Position numbers and translations under genes: made by a program | Part shown: in pieces, positions 1-13,100 of the stretch | How positions within the stretch are numbered: the first letter of the stretch is position 1 | Layout: the number at the start of each line of letters is the position of its first letter | The notes under the pieces: model-generated | The model's database searches: none | What the model saw: the letters and a program-made list of their open reading frames with translations, nothing else | Told to the model about the DNA's origin: nothing | NCBI RefSeq assembly: GCF_964204865.1 | Contig: NC_135261.1 | Location: 10,478,001 to 10,542,000 of the forward strand | Direction of reading: 5' to 3' | DNA length: 64,000 bases | Origin: Styela clava | Taxonomy: Eukaryota

Positions 1-36
1 CTAGTTGGCCGATATATCGATATTGGTCGAGCTCTA
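1..36. mobile_element. Terminus of a non-autonomous hAT-like element in a PHB1 intron
   Basis: GTTGGCCGATATATC...GTCGAGCTCTA matches the right end of the TSD-flanked element at 48369-49367. Confidence 0.6.
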
Positions 37-233
37 CTGATGACCGACTCAAATGAAAAGAATCTAGATAATTGGCTGCCAGTCGAAGTGATCCTGTGTA
101 CTGCCCGCTCTGCACTAAGTGATTGTAATGTAAGCTATTCATACTGCCGAGCTATGTGATTCGACAATCATCAATGCATATAACGGGTTTGCACTAACAG
201 AAGTAGCTAGTGCAAATAAAATAATGAACATAC

Positions 234-2011
234 CAATTGCTTTGGCGATAAGTTGAGCAGCTTTGGCATCTCCTTCTGCCGTTGTAACAGCAGCCATTTT
301 CTGTTGCTCAGCCTAAATACAGAAAAACATAAAAATATCTAAAATACCCGAAAAGAGACAAAGCGCTAATCTACCAAATATAATTCAAACCTTTTCCACA
401 ACAAATCTAGCTCGTTCTGCTTCTTGCTGGGCGACTTGTTTTGCTTCGACAGCGTGTGTAAATTCTCTTCCGAAGGTTAAATGTGTCAGTGATACATCAT
501 CAAGAATCATACCGAATGCATCAGCCCTCTCAGCGAGATCTTCACTGACCTGATAATTTATGTGTAGTTAGTTATTACTATAATAGAAGCAAACATAACT
601 ATACCACCGCAAAACAAGCTACAGGATATAATATCTTTTAAGTGGATGAACTTTACTTGTTAATATCTGTAACTTGAATTGAATTTTTTGGCTTATTTAA
701 AACTATCATTTAATAAAAGCGTTTACAAAGGCCATATGCATTGGTATTTGAATCAGTTCACTTTCCTTTTTCAAACTATTTCATTATAAACATTTTCAAT
801 AGAGTATTATTTGCATAGTCAAAGTTAACAATGAGAGGCATATACAGTCCTACAATGTAAAAATATCAGTTCCAAATTTAAAAAGACTGTGTAGTGGTAT
901 AATTTTAACAATCACAAAGTAACATGGCGATTTATACGACGATTTGGAAGTCAATGGCTGAAAGTACAAATATATTATTAGACCAAACCAGGGTAACTGA
1001 ACTTCCTACTCTTCAAAGGCGACTATAGAAAATTGCAAATGGTAATCAAATACACCATACCTGTCGTGAAACGATTTCTCTCTGCGTAATAAGCTCGCTG
1101 GCATCAAATCTAGCAACTACTGCCTTTAAAACTTCATTTGTGATTGAAGGTAAAATTCTTTCGTCATAATCTTCACCGACGGTTGTGAATATATTCGGCA
1201 ACATTGATGGCTTTGGACGAAATAAAATACGCAATGTGATATTGACATTTTGTAAATCTGAAAAATAAATGAAAATGATAAAAGTATTGATTATAATTAT
1301 TATCTGGTAAATTTGATCTAGAACAGAACATGGATGCTATATAAAAGAACCTGGAAATGAGAATTGTCATGTTGTAGAATGCATAAGATTTGCAGACCCA
1401 GATTTTGATGATGTAATCTAACCAAATTATGAAATGAAAGATTTTTGATTGAAATTCAAGTTTCTCTCAGTCAAAGATAAAATGAATTAATTTTATATGA
1501 TACCTTTTGAACCTGTCACCACCGGTATATTTCTTGGTCTGGCTTTTATATCAAAAATAATAGGTTTTTGAATGACTGGAATAAGAAAGTGTGTTCCCTC
1601 TCCTGTCACAGTCTCTTTCACACCCGAAAATCTATCAAATATAACTGCTCTGCATCCAGCATCAACTGAAAATATAGATGAATTCACATATGTTATTAAA
1701 TTATAGAAAAAACAGGATACAGGGATATGACAAGAGAAATTTCCTGTTCCAGTAGTCTAACTAGTCAGCTTTTTTCATCATGACTCAAAAGTCTAATTCA
1801 GTTTTACAACTGTGAGATAAAAACTTTCAATCAACGTTTCAAAAATTCTTCATAATGTACCAGTACCTTTTCACGCTGTCATACAGATACAGTCATAGGC
1901 CTGCATGTAACAATCAACATACCCACCATTATAAAGAGCCGAGTTCACAACGCTTCCAGCTACAGCGAGACCAACACCAAATTTCGCAAGCCTTGAAAAC
2001 AAAACCTCCAT
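234..2011 (-). CDS. PHB1: Prohibitin 1, 5' portion; 3' exon(s) lie beyond the left edge
   Basis: Exons 2011-1927, 1665-1504, 1257-1061, 549-391, 312-234, all GT-AG and in frame. Peptides [69 protein letters not shown] and [26 protein letters not shown] are classic PHB1 (SPFH domain plus coiled coil). Confidence 0.97.
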
Positions 2012-2559
2012 CTTCTAAATGTCTAGTCGAGTCAGAAATCAGCAATAACTTGAAAAAGTTGAGGTATTCGACAATGCGATTGCACCAGATCACGTGTGAA
2101 TCGCATTGGTGCAGATCGGAAAAATTGCGGTGGTTGCAGAGTCATACATGAGCTTCAAATCCGGTTTCTATCTCAATGTTTTTTTATTTCTTCCGTGTGC
2201 CATTTTTTATGTAAATAATTGAATAGAAATTTGTTTTTGGCATATTATATCACCAGTAATTAATAAATTCACGCGCCCTACATGTTGTTCTACTCAAGCC
2301 ACCTGAATATTTTGAACGAATTCAATTTGTTCCTTGTATGCGCCCGTCGGGCGAATGTTTCAAGGGTATCAACGTCATTCAGCTATTCCTACGCACAACT
2401 GTTATTCTTTTATTAGTGTTTTAGCTAAACTCAATAATGATATGACATTCCTAGGTTTAAGCAGTGCCTTAAAAACAATATGGTATTTTACATTTACGAT
2501 GACGTTTACAACAAAAACAATAACGTATATTCTCGAAAAAAATAAAAATGACACAATTA

Positions 2560-2922
2560 AATACAAGAGAGTGTTGCTCAAATATATGGAAATAAAAAGG
2601 CTAAAACAACAAAGTGCGGGTGTGCAATCTGTCACAGTATACTAGCGCTACGAGGTGCGCAATTTTTAATTGTGGTGACGTCATAGCACACAAAAACAAA
2701 TCTCATAGAGCTCACAGAATTTTTTGAATTTAATAAAAGTAATTACCTTCTAGTGCAAACTACAGTCTTTAGGTGCTGAAAATTTGTAAGCAATTAGTTC
2801 AGTAAGTAACAAGAAAAGCGATTTTTTCATAACAATAAAAATCCTAACAAGGAAATCAACAAGAGCAACCACAACAACATAATTAATAACAAAACGATTC
2901 ATATGTACACTTCGCGTCCAAA
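2560..2922. mobile_element. Diverged DINE-1/Helentron-like interspersed element
   Basis: Starts ACAAGAGAGTGTTGCTCAAATATATGGA, has AAAAGCGATTTTT and a (CAA)n tract, ends CGCGTCCAA; same layout as the 10818-11196 copy. Confidence 0.5.
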
Positions 2923-5096
2923 AATCAAGTTGGCGAAAAAAAAACTTTTCGAACTACAATGAACAGCAGAGTGCGTATGAAACCTGGTAAATCAATCATG
3001 CTGATCGGAATAACTTGACTCTAGTTTCGAAAATAAAATGAAAACGCCAATGAATATGAATGAATGAATATATTGCCTCAGCTTTTGTGGTTGCGATTGG
3101 GGATACAAGTTTCGAATATCTTATTTTCGAATCGAATCAGAATGTTCCGATTCGAATATTTAATATACCATCAGTTTACCGTTAACTCTCTTTAAATTTA
3201 GAATAGCTACAGTATTAATTCTGCTTGAATAATATTATTGAACTAGAAATTGAATAATGTTAGTAGAAAAAAATTTAATGAATGAATGAAATATATATAT
3301 TAGGGCTGGAAAAATTTGTTTTCGTTACATAGAGCTTACTTAGTTACATACTTAGTTACATATTTGTTTTTATTACATAAACTTTTGTATGCAAAATATT
3401 CCGGACGTATAGTGTTCGTTTTCTTCTAAATTTAACCTTCAAAAATCATCTGAATAAGAAACGCTAGTGTTCCGATACCGTTTGCGCCATGATTTCGAAA
3501 GGAGTAATGATTACGAAGAGCACATCACATTGTATAACTTGTAAAATTTCATAGCATTTTAAGTAGTCAAACAAAATTGGGCTAAACTATTGCTTTAGTT
3601 TAGACCCATATCAAATATAACAACCCAAGGATTGTTACGAATCGGGAAGATCTGTAACCAGCACACGGAAAATAAACGAAAATACGCCTTTAATCGATCT
3701 TGTGACAACGTCGCTGCGTTATGCAATCGCCTCGTGTTGTCTGAATCGATAGATATTCTTTTTAATAGAATCAAGTCGTCTTCCCTGAAATTGCTTCGAT
3801 TCGTGTTGATTCGAATCGCTTCGGAATCTCTCTAAATGCTCGCTCAATAATGTACTCTTTCATTAATTTTTTCATATCGTTCGACGTTTTCGAAATGCCG
3901 AAAAATGCTTAACAATTAGTGTTAGCATCATTCGCGCCTTTTATGGTTGTTCGATTTCCTCTGCTGCCTTACATGGTTTCGCTTGGTTCTTCGTCATATT
4001 TATATATTATGCTATATATATTCATCATTGTTCGGGTACTTTCCAATTTTACATATTACAATTTTACATATTGCTTATTTCAAAATTTTCGTAAATAGCT
4101 GCTTCATTCAAATTCATATACTGTATATGTATGTTGTATTTAATTGACAAGAAATGTTTTGACTCATAAAGGCATTAATAATTTGATACATGCTTGGCTT
4201 TGTAATGCAATAAAAAATAACTAAACTGCAAAACCGAAACACTTGTCACATCACTTATTGTTGATCTAATTGTCTCAATATAAACAGATGAATCAGTATT
4301 ATATTGAAACTCATTGACATAATTTTTTCAGTTTGCATCAAATGCTGGTGCTGGTTATGCACTATCCATAACGTGCGGTTAGAGACAGATTTGATTGCAG
4401 GACGAAATTACTGGAATAATGGTTATGAGGTAGTAGAAATTATTCTGTCAGGCATATCTCAAAGTGTTTATAGGTTGTGATAGTATATCTTAATGCGATA
4501 ATGTACAACCACTATATACAAATCTTTTGGTGAATGGATAGTTTATAGCATGCTTTTAAAGTATAACAGTGTAGGCTATTTTACATGTGCAATATGGACA
4601 TTAGGCGTAATAGCCCACGCATAAAAATATATATGGTCTTTTCAAAAAAATTGTGACGAGGTTCAGTCAGTACCTGAAAAAAAAAAACGTACTAGGTATT
4701 ATGATATATTATTTAATTCACTTTCCAATTTCCAGAGCTTAATTTTCTAGAATTTAGGGTTTTTGTGCAAGTCGACGTCAAATGACTATTATTATTCGAT
4801 TATCATAGACTTCGGTGAGCTTATTGTGTTTGAATGATAATAATCGAAAATAATTTTATTCTACCACAGGGTGGGATTGATGCTGATTTAAATATATATG
4901 CATCATTTAGCGCAGGACTAGATCAAAGTTTTATATAAAAAAAAGTTTAAATTAGAGCATTTATTTAATATAAAGAAAATTCTGTTTGCTCCCTTCCGTT
5001 TATCATTCCGATTTTTGAGGCCATATTTATTTCGAAATGTTAAGTTCGGTGCAAATTATATTGAATTGCATTTGTATGCTTCCTTTTTAGGGGATA

Positions 5097-6987
5097 ATGG
5101 AAAATAACTATTATGACTACAACGGGTTCGGAAGTGACCACAAACACGACTTTGACTATGCAGACATTACTACAAGTATGGGAATGATCTTTACAATATT
5201 AATATATGTAACGTCATAATACGTGACAGAGATAAATTGTTGACTGCAGTTTCAAATAAATAAAATTAGAGATTTGTATCTTTATGGTATCATAAAAAAT
5301 GTGTCTGAAAAATATTGCAAGACAATATGCTTCTTCCTCTACTTCTTTTGTAAAATTGAATTTGAACTTAAAAAAGTTAAATTATTACGACTACTTTGCA
5401 CTTTAAAAACAACCATTCAAAAATAAAATTTTTTGAAGACCTATTTAATTACTATTGTAGTATAAATACCTCGTAAATTCAGAACAGCGTCTTACTCGTT
5501 CTTAGTTCACATCAAAAATTAGCATGCAGGAGATGTGGTGGCTGGGCGATTCTCATTTCGAGAAGTATTGACCATACCAAAATATAAAAGCATTATTTTA
5601 TACTGACTTTACCAAAAGACTAGGGTTTCTGACGTTTAAATTCATTAAGTCTCCTGATTGATTATCTCTGCCAAGTTAACAAACCTTTGTTCAACCAAAT
5701 CTTGAAAATTTGAACCTCTGTTGCCTGGACGAGAGGACCAGGTAGACAATAATCGATTTTAAGCCCACTTGTTCATTTCATTCCTGATATATTACGACTG
5801 ATTTAACTAATTCAGGCTATATTTCAAAATAGTTCCAATCCTATGAAGTGCTAATACTGGTTTATGTATAATTGACTATTTTCTCTGTAGCCCCATCATA
5901 TTTTGAAGAGGATACTACATCGCATGATGCTGTAACATATGTACCGAAATTTACAAGTAACAGGTTTTTGGATGTTGGCGAATTCAATATCAAAAGTGGA
6001 TCGAACTACGGAGAACAAATGGGAAATACTTCTGGTAATGACATTAACTACGTTAGTAATATAACGTCATCTGCTCCGCATGCAGTATTTTCTCATGAAC
6101 TACACCTTCAGTGGGTTTTGAGTGAAATTTTTTCATATACATTGCTGTTTCTTAACTGCTACGTGGTGTTTTGTTTTATTGTCTACCATATACGCAAGCG
6201 TGGTACGGCGACCCGGAATTCCTATTTCTTTTCAAAAAAGAGTGGTGCCCTATATTCCATGGCTTTGAACACATTAACTATTTTATCTGCAGTTATTACG
6301 GCAGTCCGTGTACTGCTTAACCTGGACACAATATGGGGCCGGAGCTCCGAAATGGCATGTTTGCATTTGAAAAAACCAAAGATATTTGTGGGATTTTTAG
6401 TTTACTTAACTGTGTATATGAGTTTCTGGGTGCGACAAAGGATATTTTACAGCAGCCCCCAGCTGAATCATTTGAGCAACAAAGCGACTCGTTTTTTAAG
6501 CAAGTGGATACTGTTAGTGTTGGTTTTGGGTTATCTTGCAAACTTGGTTTACTTTATGGTGGAAGGGGATTCACATTACAAACCTCTGCCTCCAAATGGT
6601 TGTTCTGTGTCTTCTGATGCTATACCTTGGTACCTTTTGGCTGCTAATACAGTTATCATGCAATTTACGTTGCTTGCACTTCTAACATATCCGATGTTAA
6701 AGCGGAATAAGGCCAGACAAGGTGGCGAACCTAATAATAGGTTGATAAGACTAGTAAGGAAAGTATTAATGGCTGCCATTTTTGCTGTTGTCTGCTGTAT
6801 ATCATCTCTTTTTATTATATTGTTTATATCTACACCGATAGACGAAAAGTCACTTTTCATTGTAGATGTGAATTTAACTATTTTAGTTTTTACAGTTGTT
6901 ATTATGTTCTCAGATTGGCGCGTTAGACTTTTTCCGTTTCGTAAAAAATTTCGCGGAAAGTCTAACAAGAAATCTGGCATCAATTGA
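5097..6987 (+). CDS. Orphan seven-transmembrane (GPCR-like) receptor, about 391 aa
   Basis: Exon 5097-5175 (MENNYYDYNGFGSDHKHDFDYADITT, donor A/GTATGG) joins in phase 1 to TTCTCTGTAG/5891-6987. Seven hydrophobic segments, N-glycosylation sequons in the N-terminus, Cys before TM3 and in ECL2, basic C-tail. The ORF-track start at 5872 is a TTG inside the intron. Confidence 0.85.
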
Positions 6988-7023
6988 TACCATAAATACC
7001 GCCACAAAGCGTTTGGTTTACTT

Positions 7024-7690
7024 ATTATTGGACACGTAGTGGACATAACGATCGTTTTAAAATTTTGTTGTTATTGGACACGTTTAGTGGCCATAACGAT
7101 CGTTTCAATATTATGTTGTTGTTGTTGTTCTTGTTCTTTGACACGTTTTTAAAAAATCGCTTTTCTCTTCGAATACTGGACCAATTGCTTTGAAATTTTC
7201 AGTGGTTAAAGATTAATTTCTTCGCTAGAAGGCTATTACTTTTATTTATTTCAAAATTTTGCGTGAATTCTATGAAATTTGATATTTCGTCTAAAATTTT
7301 GCTGTATTATTTTTTATCCATGGGAACACGGATTTTAGTCAGTGTCATGACTGGCTGTACGTTTTGATTCTGCAAAATTCTTGCTACTGGAAATTCAGAA
7401 CTTTTTTGAGGGTACCGGTAGCGTCAAAGGTACCGGTAAAGACTGATTCGCTCTGGTCTAACGTGTCCATATATTTGTGCGTAGCTCTCTTGTTATTATT
7501 GTTATTATTTGTCTCCATCAACACGTTTTGAAGAAATCGCTTTTCTCTTCGAACACTGGACCAATTGCTCTAAAATTTTCAGTGGTTGAAAAATATTCTC
7601 CAGAAGGCTATTACTTTTTTTTTCGCTATGACGTCATCAAAATTATGTGACTCTACGTGTTCATATATTTGAGCATAGCTCTCTTGTTTT
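7024..7690. mobile_element. DINE-1/Helentron-like non-autonomous element, one full copy plus a tandem partial copy
   Basis: Subterminal inverted repeat TGGACACGTT (~7076) / AACGTGTCCA (~7460), internal (GTT)n, terminus GTAGCTCTCTTGTT. The core AATCGCTTTTCTCTTCGAA..GGACCAATTGC is repeated at ~7155 and ~7535 and inverted at ~11085-11120. Confidence 0.65.
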
Positions 7691-8543
7691 CCTTCGGCTT
7701 CAAATTTTATTAACTGAAGTTTTTAATGAAATATTTTAAACTGCTGCATGAAATTACTTATCCTTTTTTTCTTTAATAAACTCAAAATTTTAATGAAATT
7801 TGTCTATACTTAGAAATTTACCCCTCAGCATGAGATTCACATGTCACAAACGCATTGGTAGTCTTACCGTCGATCGAAACCTCACAGGGACTATCAATAG
7901 GGTTATCAAATTTTTATATTATCATCGAGAGTTTATGCGCTGTCTGTCTAAATATCGGTTTCAGTTCGAAAATTGGAAAGGAATTTACGTTAACGTTGTG
8001 CACCCTTTTGGATACGGGGCTTACACGCAAGAATTTGTAGCAGTTATCCGCTAACAAACAAAACCACGCATCCACCTTCAGTAAATAGGCTATCGATACG
8101 CTACACAGCAACAACAGTATCGAGACAATGCTAATGGGTAACGTTCGTGTATTATGCTGACTGGCTGAACGCCAAAGCGGAACATTTGGCTGACCGGTCG
8201 GGACGCCGGGACAAGACGTTGAAAATGGGACTGTCCCGCCTAAAACGGAACGCATGGTAGGCCTAATTTTTTCTAATGTTTTTCGTTCATTTCAGGTAAC
8301 TGATAAAATTACAGTCAATATAATATTTTCATTTGCCAGCACATAATATGATTGATATCTGTGGTGCAAAGCGTCAACATACTTTGTCTAGAAATACCAT
8401 TCGATGTTGCCTCCTTTCAAGTAACTAATTTCCCAGTATTTTTTAGTCTGATTTTCTTTGATGAACGTTAGCCTATTTATCCTCTTCTTAGTTCTAAGCT
8501 GAATATGTTAGACCAAGCAGTGGGAAATTTCATTCAATTAGAG

Positions 8544-8747
8544 CAGGAGTCGGCAAACTTATGTCGCTCGCGAGCCAAAATTAAAGGTTGCAAGTCATTG
8601 GCGGGCCGCACATATTTTTAGAAAGGTAAAAACCGAAAGGATGGCCGATGAATCAAATTTTTCCACGCATATCAGAAGATATTTTCTGCGCCATTAAACC
8701 ATTTGCACTCAACGTCAACTTTTCGCCGCATAGTTTGCCGACCCCTG
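8544..8747. mobile_element. hAT (Buster/Charlie-type) MITE
   Basis: TIR CAGGAGTCGGCAAACT / AGTTTGCCGACCCCTG; 8 bp TSD AATTAGAG / AACTAGAG with central TA. Confidence 0.85.
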
Positions 8748-9465
8748 AACTAGAGTAACAAAATTCTGTTCTGAATTCCAAAATTCTGACTTTGAATCCG
8801 TGGAGTAGAGATATCCGACACATGAAATTCGAAACTGAAGGTGTCAACAAAAATTGCTTGAGTTTTACAACGCGGAACTTCGAATATTGTTGACCAAAAT
8901 TACCAAATGACTTGTCGCTAGTATATTGTAAAAAATAATATTACACAGCAAATATAACTCCCCCGAGTAGCGTTAACTTTTTGCATTAGAAAAGAACATA
9001 CAAATAAATTTAAAATGGCATATATATATTTAAAGGAACTTTCAAAGAAACTTGGTCAAACGAATATATTTTATATCGAATAAAACATTTCACAGTTACA
9101 CAGTGATTTCAGGTAGACAGAGTGAGTATATGCATTCCATCGTAATAACTGTCTTACCAAATGAACATTCATAACCTCAATATTCGCCTTAGTAATGCTC
9201 TAACATTGCTGGGTTGGCGCGTTGTATCAGTGCCCAAACATAATATTACCAATTAGAGGCTGAAATGTTAAGCTTTAAAGACTGAAAATGGCCGAGTTTG
9301 TATTTCCAACATTTTAGTATAGACGTTCTTTTTTTTCAATTTTTTTTATAGTCATAATACCCAGGGCAGGGCAACTCAAGTCTACTTTCTCAGCTATGAG
9401 TGGAAAAAAAGGTTTTTGGGTTGGCATCTGCCTTTTATGTCAGGTAAATAAATAAGATATGCTTC

Positions 9466-9729
9466 TACCGTTTTCCCAAAAAATAAGACCTAGCCTGGAT
9501 TTTAAAAATGATTTTAATAAAAGCCCTCGCATAAAATAGGACCTAGTCGTTTTTTTTAAATAAGAAATTGTTATTTATAAGTAAATGGATATCGGTTTCA
9601 TATTTTGTATATTTGAAAATCTCGTAATTTTTAACATTGTAATTTTGTTTTGAATAAATGAAAATTAAAGACATAGCCCAAAATAAGCCCTTGTGTTATT
9701 TTTCGAATGGAAATTGGGAAAACGCGGTA
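9466..9729. mobile_element. Tc1/mariner (pogo/Tigger-like) MITE
   Basis: Ends TACCGTTTTCCC / GGGAAAACGCGGTA with TA flanks and internal repeated AAAATAAG(A/C)CC motifs. Confidence 0.65.
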
Positions 9730-10129
9730 GAGCTAGGTACTAAATCGTCAATTTTGACATACTATAAAAAAGGGAAGAATAACCTAAAGGAAAAAAAACT
9801 GAGCTTCTATATCGCGTTGACTCGGAAATGAATTGAAATAATAATAATAAATGTATGTAATAAATATATATGTATATTGAGAAAATGAAGTGGTATAATT
9901 TATACCAATCTATATCAATGCTGGACAAATTCTCCATATGTCATTTGTCAAGTTACGATTGCCTCTCCATTCAATATTGACGTTCAATACCATTGCGTGA
10001 TTGTGTTAGTACGAACTTGTCTTACTTGTATTTAAATGTGATAACGATTGCAACATTTCAGCAATTAGTGTTAATCACTGATGTGTATCGATAATGCAAT
10101 CGCAATATCACGATAATGCAACGTAACAG

Positions 10130-13100
10130 TTAATCCTCGTCCTCACTTAATGAAAGACCTAGCTTTTTACACAAAACTCTTACAGTACACAAATATAAAA
10201 ACACAATAAAAAATACGACAGGAATCGCAGCTGCAAAAAGTACTATCCCCAAAAACATGGATACTGCTACAAAAAATGGTTGATTCGGACATATTAAATC
10301 CCGTTCAGGAACACTTAAAAACTGTTTTCCAACGACAGCACTGTGCCTGTTGAACGGCGTCGTACAAAAAGATCCTGTTGTGGCGACGTCGCTCGCGTAT
10401 GCCCCGTCGTGTGTTAAATAGTTTTTAAGTATTGCGTCATCAGCAATATTCCTCGGAAGGTCATACAGATTTGCGTCTAACGTGAGGTTACGTACGTTTA
10501 TAAACCACACAAGAGGTAAAATAAGACAATCACAATTTATAGGATTTCCAAATAGCCACATCGCTTCTAAATTCGGGGCATAGAGTGGATCGACATGAAC
10601 AGTATCACTCGTGACAGACGATGTAAAACTGACTGACAGTGGTGAAATTGAGGGTGTTCCAAATTCCAAAGTCTTCAGAGCACATCCGTACAAGAATAGA
10701 AATCGTAACTTTGTCAAATTGACAAAAATATCCTTTGGTAATGTTCTGAGAAACGGGTTTCTGCAATAAAAATATTAATAGAAGCATGAATAAAATTATG
10801 GACTATGATTTTGAAAATAACAAGAAAGCAACGCTCAAATATATGGACACGTTAACCAGAGCGAAGCAATTCTTACCTTTGACGCCACCGGTACCCTCAA
10901 AAAAATTTCCGAGTTTCGCATAGCAAAAATTTACAGAATCCAACCGGACAGCCAGTGTTCCCATGGATAAAATAATACAGCGAAATTTTGGACGAAATAT
11001 CAGATTTCATATGGAATTTAGAAATGAATAAAAGTAATAGCCTTCTGGAAAAAAAATCAATCTTTAACCACTGAAAATTTCAAAGCAATTGGTCTAGTAT
11101 TCGAAGAGAAAAGCGATTTTTTAATGAAGACCATGACGAATAACAAGAACAAAACGTAATATTGAAACGATCGTTTTGTCCACTGACGTGTCCAATGAAT
11201 AAACATTACTAATAACAAGGTTTAACTTACCTATTGAGAAATAGATATTCCAAATTGTCAGCACCAGCAAACGTATCAGAATTGAGGAAATGAATCGCAT
11301 TATTCGATAAATCCAGAACTTCCAATACAGACATCGTCTGAAAAGCGTTTGGAACAATTTCTCGAAGTCCGTTTCGACTGAAATTTAACATTTCAATATT
11401 TGGTAGATTATGTAGTTTTTGGGCATCTGTGATGGTGAGGTTTAAAATACGATTCTCTCCCAGTTCTAGAAGTGTTAGAGTAGCTGGAATTCCTCCGGGT
11501 AACACGGTAAGCTTGTTTCCAGTCAGCCTGAATGAAAGGAAATGTATTAATAAACAGTTTAATTGTTATTATCGCCATCTTTATTTAATGTGTCTGAGTT
11601 TTTGTAACTTTACTGGTGAAAAGATAGTTAATTAGATAAACTTCTTTATATCGTAAGATTGGAAATATTAAAGAGAAAAAGTGACAAAAAAACGTACACG
11701 CTGTGATTCGTGAAGAATTATTAGGAAAAAAGTGACAGTTAGTAATGCAAAACAATAGTGACACTAGATTAAATTACAGTCACTTCAAAGAAATCTGTAT
11801 AAGCTAATTGTAATTAGTATAATATATATGTACCGGTATATGAGATCTGATCAGTTTAAAGTTAACGTGTTTGATGCAAAGCAATTTCATTATGACAAAA
11901 TTTGTATATGCATTTTCTGCACTTTATTATTAATTTTGAAAACTTAATTTTAAAGAAATAATTTGATGTGAGAATATTAACTAAACAATGTGTCACGCCG
12001 GTACAAATATTTGAACTCCCAGTGGTTCTAATAAACAAAACCGAATCGCGAATCGAATTCATATCATTATAAAATTAAATATAAAAGTTGAAATGACAAG
12101 AACAAAATATTAAATTCGATTTCGAGAAATATGACTAACATCAAATCCTAAATTTGAAAGAATAGTTTGGCAAGCTCTACCGTAAGTCATCAATCACAGC
12201 GGAGCAAAAATTTTATGTATTAGAGTGTGTATTAAAAGAAATGAAAGAAACCTTTTAACGAAACGCTACGCTTTACGAAGAATCATTTATTTACAAACCC
12301 AGTGGGAATTGGAATTTAAGTACTGAAACAGCATGCTTGTTTATACCAAGCTTTGTCTTCGAGTACAAAGACCGGAATGAAACACTTCTTTTTTCATAAT
12401 AAAACGGAAATATGGCTGTTTCCTTTGGCTTTGAATTCCATGTAGTTATTATTAAAAAAGTGAATAATTGGCGTTGGTTGTTTTATATCTATATATACAA
12501 CATATACCGCATTTCAAGAATATCCCTGAATATTCCTGATTAACGTTATATTACATCGAAATATGACAATTTGTAACCTTAAATGCGCAAACACGCGGTA
12601 AAATAATTATTAGTGTTTACCATTTCTTTCCTGGTTAAATATCAGTAAAACGTTGCCCAACGTACATCCCTGACGTCTTATGTTGTGCACTCTTTCAGAA
12701 AAACATTTTATTCACGCAATGTCAAGTTCACCAAAAATCGATACATGTCCTTTTAATGCGGAAAATTGAAATTATGACCGGAAAATATTGCCAGATAATA
12801 CCAGTTTAAGATATTTGCTTGCATCATATTAAACTTTTAGTTGTGAAACTGAAGGCTTCACTATAATCCTACTACACAATTCAGTATTATGTTTGTGATT
12901 AAAATATAACTTGCAAGCATAGCTGGCAATTTGTTCTGTGTTAACGGGCGGGCGACGGTACAATGCACACAACACCAACTTTTAAATGCTGCAAAATGGC
13001 ATTGATTTTTTTCTTGTGGAAAACTTTATCGATTTGATCTGAAATTCAATTATTGACGTTCCGATTGGCCTCATTTGGCGTTTAATAGAAAAGTTGGGTG

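Noticed and set aside
37-233. Possible intronic snoRNA in PHB1 (10 bp hairpin TTTGCACTAG/TTAGTGCAAA, TGATGA on minus)
   Set aside because: No matching box D with a terminal stem and no clear H/ACA layout; an Infernal/Rfam search would be needed.
5872-5890. ORF-track start of the 7TM gene at 5872
   Set aside because: It is a TTG within the polypyrimidine tract; an in-phase ATG exon exists at 5097-5175.
6317-7046. Antisense or alternative-frame ORFs over real genes (also 25555-26212, 31331-31639, 45338-45691)
   Set aside because: Shadow ORFs of the coding strand with no recognisable motifs.
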